From SAR324 cluster bacterium (GTDB lineage Bacteria; SAR324; XYD2-FULL-50-16; HCM1): a stretch of DNA of 64,000 bases. This document shows, in pieces, positions 45,233 to 54,870 of the stretch. The position numbers and the translations under genes are program-made. The notes under the pieces were generated by a model. It was not told the origin of the DNA and did no database searches. It saw nothing but the letters and a program-made list of their open reading frames with translations. The first letter of the stretch is position 1; every line of letters starts with the position of its first letter. The stretch is from the NCBI GenBank assembly GCA_002995645.1, contig PUHO01000006.1, forward strand, positions 67,623-131,622, given 5' to 3'.

Positions 45233-47653
45233 TTATTGTTTTAAAGAATATCCATAACTAGCTAAATAAGCAACAACGCCGTCCTGTAATTTTTTGGCAT
45301 CGTCCGCACTAATTGTTCCATTTTGATCTTGGAACAATATTTCAATAGAAATAGATTTTATCTCTATATTTAAAGAGTATACACTAAGACATTTTACTTT
45401 GAAAACCCTTTTTTCATATCCATAAATCAAATTTTCTAAAACGCTATAATCCGTTCGGATAGGCGCCTCTATAGAAATTTCAAAACGAACAACAGGAAAG
45501 CGATTTTCTTCCACTGCTTGGTATTGCTTCTTTTCTATTGCTTCCAACGTATGAATTGCAATTTCAGCAAAATAAGCTTCCGTTCGTATAGATAAACTAT
45601 TACTATATGAAGGAGATAAAGCAAAGATTGTGCCGATCTTTTGATTAGCAATAATAATCTCAGCATATATATTTTTATGTTGCCATTTGTTTTGCGGGAT
45701 TTTCCTTTCCCACTTTGCTTGTGGCAGCTGCAATACAGACAATACACGATTGATATGATTTTTTAAAGTATAAAAACTTTCGTTATTTGATTCTTTTTGC
45801 TTTTCTCTTGTAATCGCAATATAAGCATGGTCTTGCTCTATGGGATTACCGTCTTGCGAAGTGGAATAAATACGCCCTATTTCAAATACTTGCAAATTCA
45901 GTTCGTTCTTTTGTAAACTAACTATTCTATTGCAAAACTGATTAGCAAGATTATCTCGTAAATAGCTTTGATCTTGGGAAACCGGATTAATTAGTTTCCA
46001 ACTTGTTTCCTTTTTGTGAACTTGATTTTCTGCAATAAGTGGATGCGAATACAGCTCATTATATCCTTGCGCTACTAACGTATCTTGCACCGTTCTTTGT
46101 ATTTGATAACTCTTGTTCATATTAGAAGGAACAATGCTAAGCTTTGGCGGGATTGCCACTATCTCGTTATATCCGTATATACGACCTAGCTCTTCTATAA
46201 TATCTTCTTTAATTGTGATATCTTTTTGTTGCCGCCAAGAAGGAACAATCAATTTTATTTCTTTATCAACAATACGAACTTGAAAGCCTAATTTTTTCAA
46301 ATTTGTTTCAATTGTATTTATATGTAATTGATTTTCTGCAATACCTAATCGTTTATATACGTCTTGTACTTGTAATATAATCTCTTTTTCTTGTAATGGC
46401 GAAGGATAATAATCCATAAGATCAGTATAGTCAACTTCCTCATGTGTCCCTTCTAAAAAAGAAAGCGATCTTTGTAAAGCTAATAGCGTAGTAGAAGGAT
46501 CTAACGTTTTTTCAAATCGCTGACTTGAATCCGTACGAATACCAATACGAGAAGAAGTCCTTCGTATAGTAGCGCCAGCCCATGTTGCTGCTTCTACAAT
46601 AATTTTTGTTGTGCTTTCGTGTACGCCGCTTTCTTTACCGCCAACAATACCGGCAACAACAAGTACTTTATCATCATTGCAAATAACCATATCTTGCGGT
46701 GTTAAGCTTGCGTCTTTTCCGGCTAGCGTGTCTAATGTTTCCCCTTGCTTAGCCATACGAATAGACAAGCCTTGTTGCGTAATTGTATCGGCATCAAAGG
46801 CATGCATTGGCTGCCCTATTTCAGTCATAATATAGTTTGTCATATCTACTATATTATTAATGGCACGTAATCCCACGCGATAGAGCCTTTGTTGCTCTTT
46901 TGCCGGGCTTGGCTTTACCTTAATATTATCAATCACAAAAGCAGAATACCTTTGCACTGTGTCTTTACAATTTGCGGCAACTTGTATCGGTTTTTCTATC
47001 TTGTCCGCTTTCACAAGATCGACCGGCCTTGCAACAATAGGTTTTAACTCGGAATCTTTAAACAAAATAGCAAACTCCCTAGCAAAACCGTAATGCCCCC
47101 ATAAATCAGCACGATGCGTAATAGATTTATTATCTATATCAAATACAATATCTTTGTGATCTGGAAAAAGAGTATCTAAGCTTTGTCCAATTTCTGTTGC
47201 GCTTGGTAACTCTAAAATCGTATCGTCTTCATCAGATAAGCCTATTTCTTTAGCAGAACAAAGCATTCCCGTACTCTCAACACCGCGAATCGTAGTTGGT
47301 TTGATTTCTAAACCGTTCTCTAACACCGTGCCAGTTGGTGCATAAACAACTATCATTCCTTCACGAACATTGGGAGCACCGCAAACAAGCGTTATCTCTT
47401 CGCCTGCCGTAATGGTGACTAAATGCAATTTATCTGAATTAGGATGATCTGCGACTGCTTTTATTTTTGCCGTTTTAAGATAAGATAAAGATCGTCCCCA
47501 AATTTCCCAATCGTCTACTTCACAAATAGACATGGTAATTTTTTCCGCTATCTCTTTTGCTAGTTCTTCAATTTTGTTTAACGGCTTGTCTTTTATCTGA
47601 TATTTTTGAGGAAGAGTAATAAAATCACTTACCCAGTTTAAAGAAATTTTCAT
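45233..47653 (-). CDS. pheT: Phenylalanyl-tRNA synthetase beta subunit
   Basis: 806-aa ORF. N-terminal MKISLNWV, tRNA-binding OB domain, B3/4 and B5 regions, C-terminal FDX-ACB-like domain. Directly downstream of pheS. Confidence 0.95.
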   Translation of the reverse strand: MKISLNWVSDFITLPQKYQIKDKPLNKIEELAKEIAEKITMSICEVDDWEIWGRSLSYLKTAKIKAVADHPNSDKLHLVTITAGEEITLVCGAPNVREGMIVVYAPTGTVLENGLEIKPTTIRGVESTGMLCSAKEIGLSDEDDTILELPSATEIGQSLDTLFPDHKDIVFDIDNKSITHRADLWGHYGFAREFAILFKDSELKPIVARPVDLVKADKIEKPIQVAANCKDTVQRYSAFVIDNIKVKPSPAKEQQRLYRVGLRAINNIVDMTNYIMTEIGQPMHAFDADTITQQGLSIRMAKQGETLDTLAGKDASLTPQDMVICNDDKVLVVAGIVGGKESGVHESTTKIIVEAATWAGATIRRTSSRIGIRTDSSQRFEKTLDPSTTLLALQRSLSFLEGTHEEVDYTDLMDYYPSPLQEKEIILQVQDVYKRLGIAENQLHINTIETNLKKLGFQVRIVDKEIKLIVPSWRQQKDITIKEDIIEELGRIYGYNEIVAIPPKLSIVPSNMNKSYQIQRTVQDTLVAQGYNELYSHPLIAENQVHKKETSWKLINPVSQDQSYLRDNLANQFCNRIVSLQKNELNLQVFEIGRIYSTSQDGNPIEQDHAYIAITREKQKESNNESFYTLKNHINRVLSVLQLPQAKWERKIPQNKWQHKNIYAEIIIANQKIGTIFALSPSYSNSLSIRTEAYFAEIAIHTLEAIEKKQYQAVEENRFPVVRFEISIEAPIRTDYSVLENLIYGYEKRVFKVKCLSVYSLNIEIKSISIEILFQDQNGTISADDAKKLQDGVVAYLASYGYSLKQ

Positions 47654-47682
47654 ATACGTTTATAATCTGCAAAGTAAATAGT

Positions 47683-48702
47683 TTACGCAAAACTTTGTAT
47701 AAAAGGAATGCCACCGTTATATAAAAGGCGAATATCTTTGATTCCATATGCCATCATGGCAAAGCGATCAACGCCAATCCCAAAAGCAAAGCCGGAATAT
47801 TTCTTTGAATCCACGTCCCCGGCTTGTAATACATTAGGATGCACTAAACCGCAACCCATTACTTCAATCCAACCTGTTTGTTTGCAAGCACTGCAACCTT
47901 TCCCGCCACAAAGCATACAATTAAGGTCTAACTCTAAGCCGGGCTCTACAAAAGGAAAATAAGCCGGTCTAAGTCGCATTTTTGTATTACTACCAAAAAC
48001 AGCTTTTGTATAGGTATCAATAAAATATTTTAAATGAGCAAGTGAAATATCTTCATCTACTAACATGCCTTCTAACTGATGAAAACAGGATTCATGCGAA
48101 GCGTCTACCCGTTCGCAACGAAAGACCTTGCCTGAACCAATCACACGAAGCGGCGCCCCTAGTTTTTTCATGCCATGTATTTGTATAGACGAAGTATGCG
48201 TTCGTAATAAACGATTTTCCCCAAGATAAAACGTGTCTTGCATGTCTCTTGCGGGATGATCTTTAGGAATATTCAAAGCTTCAAAATTGTAATACTCAGT
48301 TTCAACATGGTTCCCTTTTAAGAGCTGAAAACCCATAGATAAAAACACGTCTTCTAGTTTCCGCCGCATATGTGTTACCGGATGTAAAGCCCCAGCTAAG
48401 TTATAAGCACTTTCTAAAGAAATATCAAGCCACTGCTTGTCCATCAACTTTTCTTCTTCTTGTTCTAAAAAGCGATTATTTTGCTCTGTAATTTTATCTG
48501 TAATTTCTTGTTTCAAACGGTTTAGATCTTGCCCTCTTTGCGCTCTGTCGGCTGCCGGAACGTCGCGTAGCAATTTCATTTGATCGGCAATAATTCCTTT
48601 TTTCCCAAGAAAGGCTATTTTGATTTTTTCCATATCGGCAAGGGAATGCATTCCTTGCCATTCTTTTTGAAAATCTTGCTTAATTTGCTCTAACGTAATC
48701 AT
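47683..48702 (-). CDS. pheS: Phenylalanyl-tRNA synthetase alpha subunit
   Basis: 339-aa ORF. Class II motifs HPARDMQDTFY, VFRCERVDASHESCFHQLEGM, GFAFGIGVDRFAMM. Confidence 0.95.
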   Translation of the reverse strand: MITLEQIKQDFQKEWQGMHSLADMEKIKIAFLGKKGIIADQMKLLRDVPAADRAQRGQDLNRLKQEITDKITEQNNRFLEQEEEKLMDKQWLDISLESAYNLAGALHPVTHMRRKLEDVFLSMGFQLLKGNHVETEYYNFEALNIPKDHPARDMQDTFYLGENRLLRTHTSSIQIHGMKKLGAPLRVIGSGKVFRCERVDASHESCFHQLEGMLVDEDISLAHLKYFIDTYTKAVFGSNTKMRLRPAYFPFVEPGLELDLNCMLCGGKGCSACKQTGWIEVMGCGLVHPNVLQAGDVDSKKYSGFAFGIGVDRFAMMAYGIKDIRLLYNGGIPFIQSFA

Positions 48703-48716
48703 ATATACTACAGAAT

Positions 48717-50189
48717 TTATATTTGCAAAGAAGGAGTCGCTACTTGCTTATGTTGTTCAAAAAAGTGCGCTATTTGAAATAAAGTTTCTTCTTGCAAAAA
48801 GTTAGCTTGAAACTGAATCCCAACAGGAAGCGACTCTTTAGAAAGTCCGGCAGGAAGAGAGATCGCGGGAATGCTTGCTAAGTTAGCAGGAATAGTAAAC
48901 ACATCTTGTAAAAAATAAAACAAAGGATCGTCTGTTTTGTAGTTAAGATCAAACGGCGCGCTTGGAGCAGTTGGGCAAACAATAACGTCTACTTGTTTGA
49001 AAATGGCAGCATATTGGCTACGAAGTAAATTTTGCACTTGTAAAGCTTTATTATAATACGCATCATAGTAACCGGACGATAAAACGTAAGTCCCTAATAA
49101 AATACGCATCTTGACTTCTTTACCAAATCCATGTTCCCTTGATAATTCGTAAATCGATTCTAAAGTCTCTGCTTCTTGTGCACGGCTACCATAATGTACG
49201 CCGTCATATCGCCCTAGATTAGAGCTACACTCTGCCGGAGCTATAATATAATAAGCCGCTAAAGATTGTTTAATATTAGGAACGGAAACTTCCACAAACT
49301 CGCACCCTGATTCTTTCAAAAAAGCAAGGCTTTCGTCATATACGGCACGTATATCACTTGGCAGTTCATAAGCTGCTTGTTCTTTAATAATACCAACTTT
49401 AAGCCCTTTAATTGACTTATGTAACGCCGATTTATAAGAAGGCACAGGTACTTTCAAGCTTGTAGCGTCTTTAGGATCAAATCCGGCAATAGCTTCTAAC
49501 AATAAAGCCGCATCTTCTACGTCCCTTGTCATAGGTCCGGCTTGGTCAAGAGAGCTAGCAAACGCCGTCATACCCCATCGGCTTACCCGTCCGTACGTTG
49601 GTTTTAAGCCAACAATATGATTAAACGAAGCCGGTTGACGAATAGATCCGCCTGTATCCGTACCAATCGCACCAACTGATAAACCGGCAGAAACGGCAAC
49701 GGCAGAACCGCCAGACGATCCGCCCGGAACTTTAGTTAAATCATAGGGATTTTTAACAGGAAAAAAAGAAGAATTTTCATTACTTGACCCCATGGCAAAT
49801 TCGTCCATATTGGTTTTGCCAATCATCATATAAGAAGCTTCTTGCAACTTTGTTGTTACTGTTGAGTCATATGGCGCAACATAATTTTTTAACATTTGTG
49901 AAGCACATGTTGTCGGCGTTCCTTTAATGTTAAAAAGATCTTTAATAGCTAGCGGCATGCCTTCTAGTTCGCCCACAGCATCGCCTTGCATAATTTTTTT
50001 ATCTACTGCCTTAGCTTGGTTTAAAACTTCTTCTTCTTTTGCTAAATATAGATAGACGCCTAGTTCTTTATTAGTATCTTTAATACGTTGTAAAACGGCT
50101 TGTACTATTTCTTCTGTTGTAATTTCTTTGGCAAGTCGTTTTTGATGCAGTTCGTGAATAGGAGTAAAAGCTAAGCTCATAATAGACAT
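48717..50189 (-). CDS. gatA: Glutamyl/aspartyl-tRNA amidotransferase subunit A
   Basis: 490-aa ORF. Amidase signature GGSSGGSAVAVSAG...GTDTGGSIRQPASF. Confidence 0.95.
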   Translation of the reverse strand: MSIMSLAFTPIHELHQKRLAKEITTEEIVQAVLQRIKDTNKELGVYLYLAKEEEVLNQAKAVDKKIMQGDAVGELEGMPLAIKDLFNIKGTPTTCASQMLKNYVAPYDSTVTTKLQEASYMMIGKTNMDEFAMGSSNENSSFFPVKNPYDLTKVPGGSSGGSAVAVSAGLSVGAIGTDTGGSIRQPASFNHIVGLKPTYGRVSRWGMTAFASSLDQAGPMTRDVEDAALLLEAIAGFDPKDATSLKVPVPSYKSALHKSIKGLKVGIIKEQAAYELPSDIRAVYDESLAFLKESGCEFVEVSVPNIKQSLAAYYIIAPAECSSNLGRYDGVHYGSRAQEAETLESIYELSREHGFGKEVKMRILLGTYVLSSGYYDAYYNKALQVQNLLRSQYAAIFKQVDVIVCPTAPSAPFDLNYKTDDPLFYFLQDVFTIPANLASIPAISLPAGLSKESLPVGIQFQANFLQEETLFQIAHFFEQHKQVATPSLQI

Positions 50190-50228
50190 TAAAATAATAG
50201 TTTAAAATTGTATCTTCTAATAATTTTA

Positions 50229-50257
50229 ATTATAGCAATATTTCCTTGTTGTAACAA
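50229..50257 (-). promoter_or_regulatory. Candidate gatA promoter
   Basis: On the minus strand: TTGTTA, 17-nt spacer, TATAAT, ending 39 nt upstream of the gatA ATG. It lies just beyond the comM-tail repeats. Confidence 0.5.
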
Positions 50258-50280
50258 GAATATTTTTAGCTATTTTCTTT

Positions 50281-50815
50281 TTAGATCTTTAGCGATTGGT
50301 CTAGATTCCTATATGGCAACGCTTCGGCAAGGTGTTCTGTTTGTATTGATTCGCTATTTTCCAGATCGGCAATCGTACGACTCACCTTCAAAATACTATC
50401 GTACCCCCCGTCCGCTTAGCTTAAGTTTACTAACTGCTAATTGCAAAAGGGCTTCGCTTTGCTTATCTAACTTATTATAGTTTTGATTTTATTTCTTACA
50501 ATTAGAATTCTAGCGCTCTGTCTAGGTTCCTATATTGCAATGCTTCGGCAAGGTGCTCTGTTTGTATTGATTCGCTATTTTCCAGATCGGCAATTGTACG
50601 ACTCACTTTCAAAATACTATCGTACCCCCGTCCGCTTAGCTTAAGCTTACTAACTGCTAATTGCAAAAGGGATTCGCTTTGTTTATTTAGCTTGTTTTGA
50701 TTTTATTTGTTACAATTAGAATTCTAACGCTCTGTCCAGATTCCTATATTACAACGCTTCGGCAAGGTGCTTTGCTTTGTTTATCTAGTTTGTTATGATT
50801 TTGAATTTGTTACAA
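50281..50815 (-). pseudogene. Three detached tandem copies (one internally deleted) of the comM 3' end
   Basis: Copies of the stop-codon region TTAGAATTCTA... start at 50281 (most diverged), 50502 and 50716 (about 115 nt internally deleted). The functional copy starts at 50816. Each full unit is about 215 bp: 6 nt downstream plus about 210 nt of coding tail. Confidence 0.9.
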
Positions 50816-52354
50816 TTAGAATTCTAACGATCTGTCTAGATTCCTATATTGCAATGCTTCGGCAAGGTGTTCTGTTTGTATCGCTTCGCTATTTTCTAAA
50901 TCGGCAATCGTACGACTCACTTTCAAAATACTATCGTACCCCCGTCCGCTTAGCTTAAGCTTACTAACTGCTAATTGCAAAAGTGATTCGCTTTGTTTAT
51001 CTAGCTTGCAATAGTTTTGAATTTGCTTCGCTTTTAACAATCCGTTACGAAGCGTTTCATTTTGATATCTATCTTTTTGTTTTTGGCTAGCTTGGATTAC
51101 TTTCTCTTTCATCTGCTTACTAGAAGTAAACGAGGTTGTTGCTTGCCTTGCATCGGTTGAAATCACAGGCACTTCAATTTGCAAATCAATTCTATCTAGT
51201 AACGGACCGGATAAACGACTACGATACCGCGTGATTTGAGTCACACTGCAACGGCATTCATGATCGGCATCACCTAAATAACCACAAGGGCAAGGATTGG
51301 TGGCGGCTATTAATTGAAAATCAGCAGGGAACACAAAACTATCTTTTGCTCGTGTAATTGTAATTTGTTTATCCTCTAGCGGTTGCCTTAGCAAGTCTAA
51401 TGTAGCGCGCGAATATTCAGCTAATTCATCAAGAAATAAAACGCCATGATGTGCTAATGAAACTTCGCCAGCTCGTGGCGTACTTCCCCCTCCAACTAAG
51501 CCGGCACCGGAAACAGAATGGTGCGGCGTACGAAAAGGGCGTGTAATACGTTGTAAATCTTCTGTGGTAAATCCGTAATATAAAGAATAAATTTTTGCGA
51601 CTTGCAGTATTTCATCATAAGAAAGAGGTGACAAAATCGAAGGAAACCTACTAGCTAGCATAGATTTGCCCGATCCCGGTGGTCCTATTAATAAAATATG
51701 ATGTCTTCCTGCTGCTGCAATTTCTAAAGCGCGTTTTGCCTGTATATGCCCTTTAACATCGGCATAATCAAGCTCATTAGTGTGTCCTAGATTCTGTTTC
51801 AGGACGTCCTGTAAAGTGTCCTGGTATGATTCCAATACTTTTTCTTCTGTGTAAAAATCGATAATATCCTTAAGCGTATCAGCTATATAGATATCCATTT
51901 CCGGGACTATTGCCGCAACAGGTGCGTTCTCTCTAGGAAGGATACAAGTTTTTATGCCCTGTTTTTTTGCCTCCATTAACATAGCTAATATCCCGGCAAC
52001 AGGACGTATTCTACCTTGTAAAGAAAGCTCCCCAACTAAGAGCGTATTCTCTCCGCTTGTTGCAGGTAATCGTTTATCCGCTTTCAGAATTGCAATCGCT
52101 ATTGGCAAATCAAATCCGGTTCCGCCTTTACTTAATCCGGCAGGGGCAAGGTTCACCACAACGCGGCGAATAGGGAATCCGCCGGCTACATTAGACAGGC
52201 TTGCTGTTACACGCTCTCTACTTTCGCGAATAGCATGATCTGGCAAACCTACAATTTGAAACGCCCCTAAGCCAATAGAAACGTCAGCTTCCACTTCTAT
52301 AATATGAGCCTCAATTCCTATAACGGTTGCTGTATAGGTTATTATCTCGCTCAT
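50816..52354 (-). CDS. comM: Mg-chelatase-like AAA+ protein ComM/YifB
   Basis: 512-aa ORF. N-terminal Lon-protease-like domain, Walker A GPPGSGKSM, Walker B VLFLDEL, zinc-like CPCGYLGDADHECRC insertion. Confidence 0.93.
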   Translation of the reverse strand: MSEIITYTATVIGIEAHIIEVEADVSIGLGAFQIVGLPDHAIRESRERVTASLSNVAGGFPIRRVVVNLAPAGLSKGGTGFDLPIAIAILKADKRLPATSGENTLLVGELSLQGRIRPVAGILAMLMEAKKQGIKTCILPRENAPVAAIVPEMDIYIADTLKDIIDFYTEEKVLESYQDTLQDVLKQNLGHTNELDYADVKGHIQAKRALEIAAAGRHHILLIGPPGSGKSMLASRFPSILSPLSYDEILQVAKIYSLYYGFTTEDLQRITRPFRTPHHSVSGAGLVGGGSTPRAGEVSLAHHGVLFLDELAEYSRATLDLLRQPLEDKQITITRAKDSFVFPADFQLIAATNPCPCGYLGDADHECRCSVTQITRYRSRLSGPLLDRIDLQIEVPVISTDARQATTSFTSSKQMKEKVIQASQKQKDRYQNETLRNGLLKAKQIQNYCKLDKQSESLLQLAVSKLKLSGRGYDSILKVSRTIADLENSEAIQTEHLAEALQYRNLDRSLEF

Positions 52355-52389
52355 ATTATTTCTTTTTTATCAAATTAACCCTACGGTTA

Positions 52390-53967
52390 TTATTGTTCAG
52401 TTTCGTCTGTTGGTGCTTTTTGCCCTGCTGGGGCTTCAAGCTCCTCTTCTTGCTTTGTTATGATTGCCACTAGTCGCTTACGCATTGTTGCAATTTGACG
52501 TAATAATTCAGCATCACTTGTATATTTTTCCGCAGTATCTAGGCGCTCTATTAACTGCCTATATTCACTTGAATCCATAGCGTCCACATTATGCATCATT
52601 GTTGCCACAAGTTGTAATGTCAACATTGCTATTTGCTCTTGTAGCTGATTCCTTAAATTCAATGCCCTTTGTAGGTTCGCATCATTTTTAGCATACAAGG
52701 CAGCTTGGGTAAAGAGATCTATAGCTTTCATCATGTTGTCTAATCCGCTTTCTAGATTTGCATCTGATTGCGCGAGTTCTTGCGCGTGTACTGCCGCTAA
52801 GAAATATTCTCCAAACTTAGTATTACCCCAATCGTGTCGTTGTACTGTAATTGTTCTTTCCGTTGTTTTTTCCAACTGGCGTCTTTTCTCTGCTTCAAGC
52901 AACATACGACGGTTCAAAATACTTTGATCTATCATAGAGAAGAAACTCACATATATAGACTTATCGCTATTCACTTCTATAGACGGAAGGATATCTAGCA
53001 CCTCCGGATTAAATCTTGCTCTTAACACCATACGCTTACGATATCCCGGGCTAGGCATTACACGAATATTATGTAAGTATTCTAGATTTGCTATTTCCGG
53101 AATATAATATTTCTCTTCACTATTAGGAATAATAATATCTAAAATATATTGCTTTTCAAATTCTTTTGTTTTTTTATTAAAAATTCGTTTTTCATATATT
53201 TCAATCGGGAAATTTTTTGCTTTTAATTGTATAGGCGTATCAAACCTAAGCTCTATCCCAAATTGCTCAATATTCGGCTTCACTGCTTCTTTTGTGCCTA
53301 TAGTCAAGCTACGTACATGATAAGCATGTTTAAGAAGGACTTGCCCTTCGTCCTGCCCTTGTGATCTACCCATCTTAAAGTTATGATTTAACATAGCGTA
53401 GTAAGCATCTTTATAAGTTAAAAGCTCTTTATCGCCATTATATAAATCAATAATATACCTATACTTTTCCCCTTGATTATTATAACCAAAACCTTTTTCA
53501 TGTACAGATATTAAATTAAAGTTTTTAATACTAAAGTTTAAATTTTGCCCAGCCAACGGATCGCCCATAGCAAATCTTTTTACATAAGTATGACTTTGCA
53601 AGGCAAGTCTATGAAATTTATTCTTATCAAAGATTACAAATTTAGTTTCATGTGGATTTAAAAACAACAATACACGATTATTTTTTAATTGTAATTCATC
53701 TGTTTGCACCCACTGGTAAATTTTATCTACATACCAAACGTGCGAAGTCCCGTCGCTTAAAATCACATTAAGAAAAAACTCCTTTACTCCATGATTGCGA
53801 ACAAACGCCACGGAAATAGTTTTTTCTCCTATAGTTCCGCCGTTTAAAGCATTGGCAAGCTTTAACGCTTCTGTTTTTGTCGCATATTTTGGCATAGCAA
53901 AACCAGCGCTTGGCACGCCTATCACTAAGCACACCAACACTGTCACGTAGACACAAAATAATTTCAT
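52390..53967 (-). CDS. Hypothetical secreted protein with C-terminal coiled coil
   Basis: 525-aa ORF. Signal peptide ...GVPSAGFAMP, C-terminal helical and acidic tail. No family recognised. Confidence 0.6.
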   Translation of the reverse strand: MKLFCVYVTVLVCLVIGVPSAGFAMPKYATKTEALKLANALNGGTIGEKTISVAFVRNHGVKEFFLNVILSDGTSHVWYVDKIYQWVQTDELQLKNNRVLLFLNPHETKFVIFDKNKFHRLALQSHTYVKRFAMGDPLAGQNLNFSIKNFNLISVHEKGFGYNNQGEKYRYIIDLYNGDKELLTYKDAYYAMLNHNFKMGRSQGQDEGQVLLKHAYHVRSLTIGTKEAVKPNIEQFGIELRFDTPIQLKAKNFPIEIYEKRIFNKKTKEFEKQYILDIIIPNSEEKYYIPEIANLEYLHNIRVMPSPGYRKRMVLRARFNPEVLDILPSIEVNSDKSIYVSFFSMIDQSILNRRMLLEAEKRRQLEKTTERTITVQRHDWGNTKFGEYFLAAVHAQELAQSDANLESGLDNMMKAIDLFTQAALYAKNDANLQRALNLRNQLQEQIAMLTLQLVATMMHNVDAMDSSEYRQLIERLDTAEKYTSDAELLRQIATMRKRLVAIITKQEEELEAPAGQKAPTDETEQ

Positions 53968-54003
53968 ACCTTCTCCTTAGAATTCCTATGATTAAATAGC
54001 TAG

Positions 54004-54630
54004 TTAGCTATCCTTTCCTACATAAATTAAAATATCCACACCTGTACTTAACTCTTGATTAGGTAACGGTAATATCCGCTGGTCTCCGGGAATAAGCGAG
54101 GCTAAAAACAAAGCTGATTTTAAATAGTTTTCTCTAAAATAAATAATAGTTTGCGCATACCGAAGCGGCGTGTCTACTATATTAATAATATCAAAATGAA
54201 CGCCTAGTCTTTCTTCAATTTGGCGTTTTTTAACCTTTCCAAGATACACAGACAGTTTATAAGCTGATTTCGGTACCCCGTTCGCATTATATATAGCTAC
54301 TTGTAGCGTTGTAGGACGGTGATATTGTCTTAAAATCTTTTGCTTTGATCGTAAATACTCCATTTTCTTCAATGGCATTTCCGATTCATACATATCTTTT
54401 TGCACACCGGGAATAGTATTGTCTTCTATTTTTATTTGTTTTTGTTTTTTTTCATCTACTACCGGCGCTTTTCCGTCTTTTTTCACTGTTGCCGCCTCTG
54501 TTTCCTTGGTCGGCGTACTTTCTTTTTGGGCAAACAAGCTAGGTACTAAAAAGCAATTTAAAAGTAATATGATAAAACAATTTAAACATATCAACTTACT
54601 TAGTTTTATATAAAATTCTTGTTGCCACAT
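54004..54630 (-). CDS. Hypothetical envelope protein with a possible LytR_C-like C-terminal domain
   Basis: 208-aa ORF. N-terminal signal anchor, K/E-rich linker, C-terminal VAIYNANGVPKSAYKLSVYLGK...TIIYFRENYLKSALFLASLIP...DILIYVGKD resembles the LytR_C domain pattern. Confidence 0.5.
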   Translation of the reverse strand: MWQQEFYIKLSKLICLNCFIILLLNCFLVPSLFAQKESTPTKETEAATVKKDGKAPVVDEKKQKQIKIEDNTIPGVQKDMYESEMPLKKMEYLRSKQKILRQYHRPTTLQVAIYNANGVPKSAYKLSVYLGKVKKRQIEERLGVHFDIINIVDTPLRYAQTIIYFRENYLKSALFLASLIPGDQRILPLPNQELSTGVDILIYVGKDS

Positions 54631-54870
54631 AAAATATCTCTCATTATTGAATCTTTGTACGGCTATAAAGTATTATTTTATAGTTTTTATACTTTACTAA
54701 TATTACAAAGTACTTTTATTATGTATATACTGTACTGTTGCTTATCGTCAAGTTACACTTAAGTTTACAAAGCCACTGCCGTTATATGTAAATAGCTATA
54801 GCCAAATCATTACGTATTTGTATATAATTTACATATAAAATAGAAGCATCTTACATTATATATTTAAACT

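Noticed and set aside
50208-50958. Plus-strand ORFs 50208-50480 (90 aa) and 50767-50958 (63 aa).
   Set aside because: They are antisense translations of the comM tail copies and of the comM 3' end. They repeat because the DNA repeats, and they lack ribosome-binding sites.
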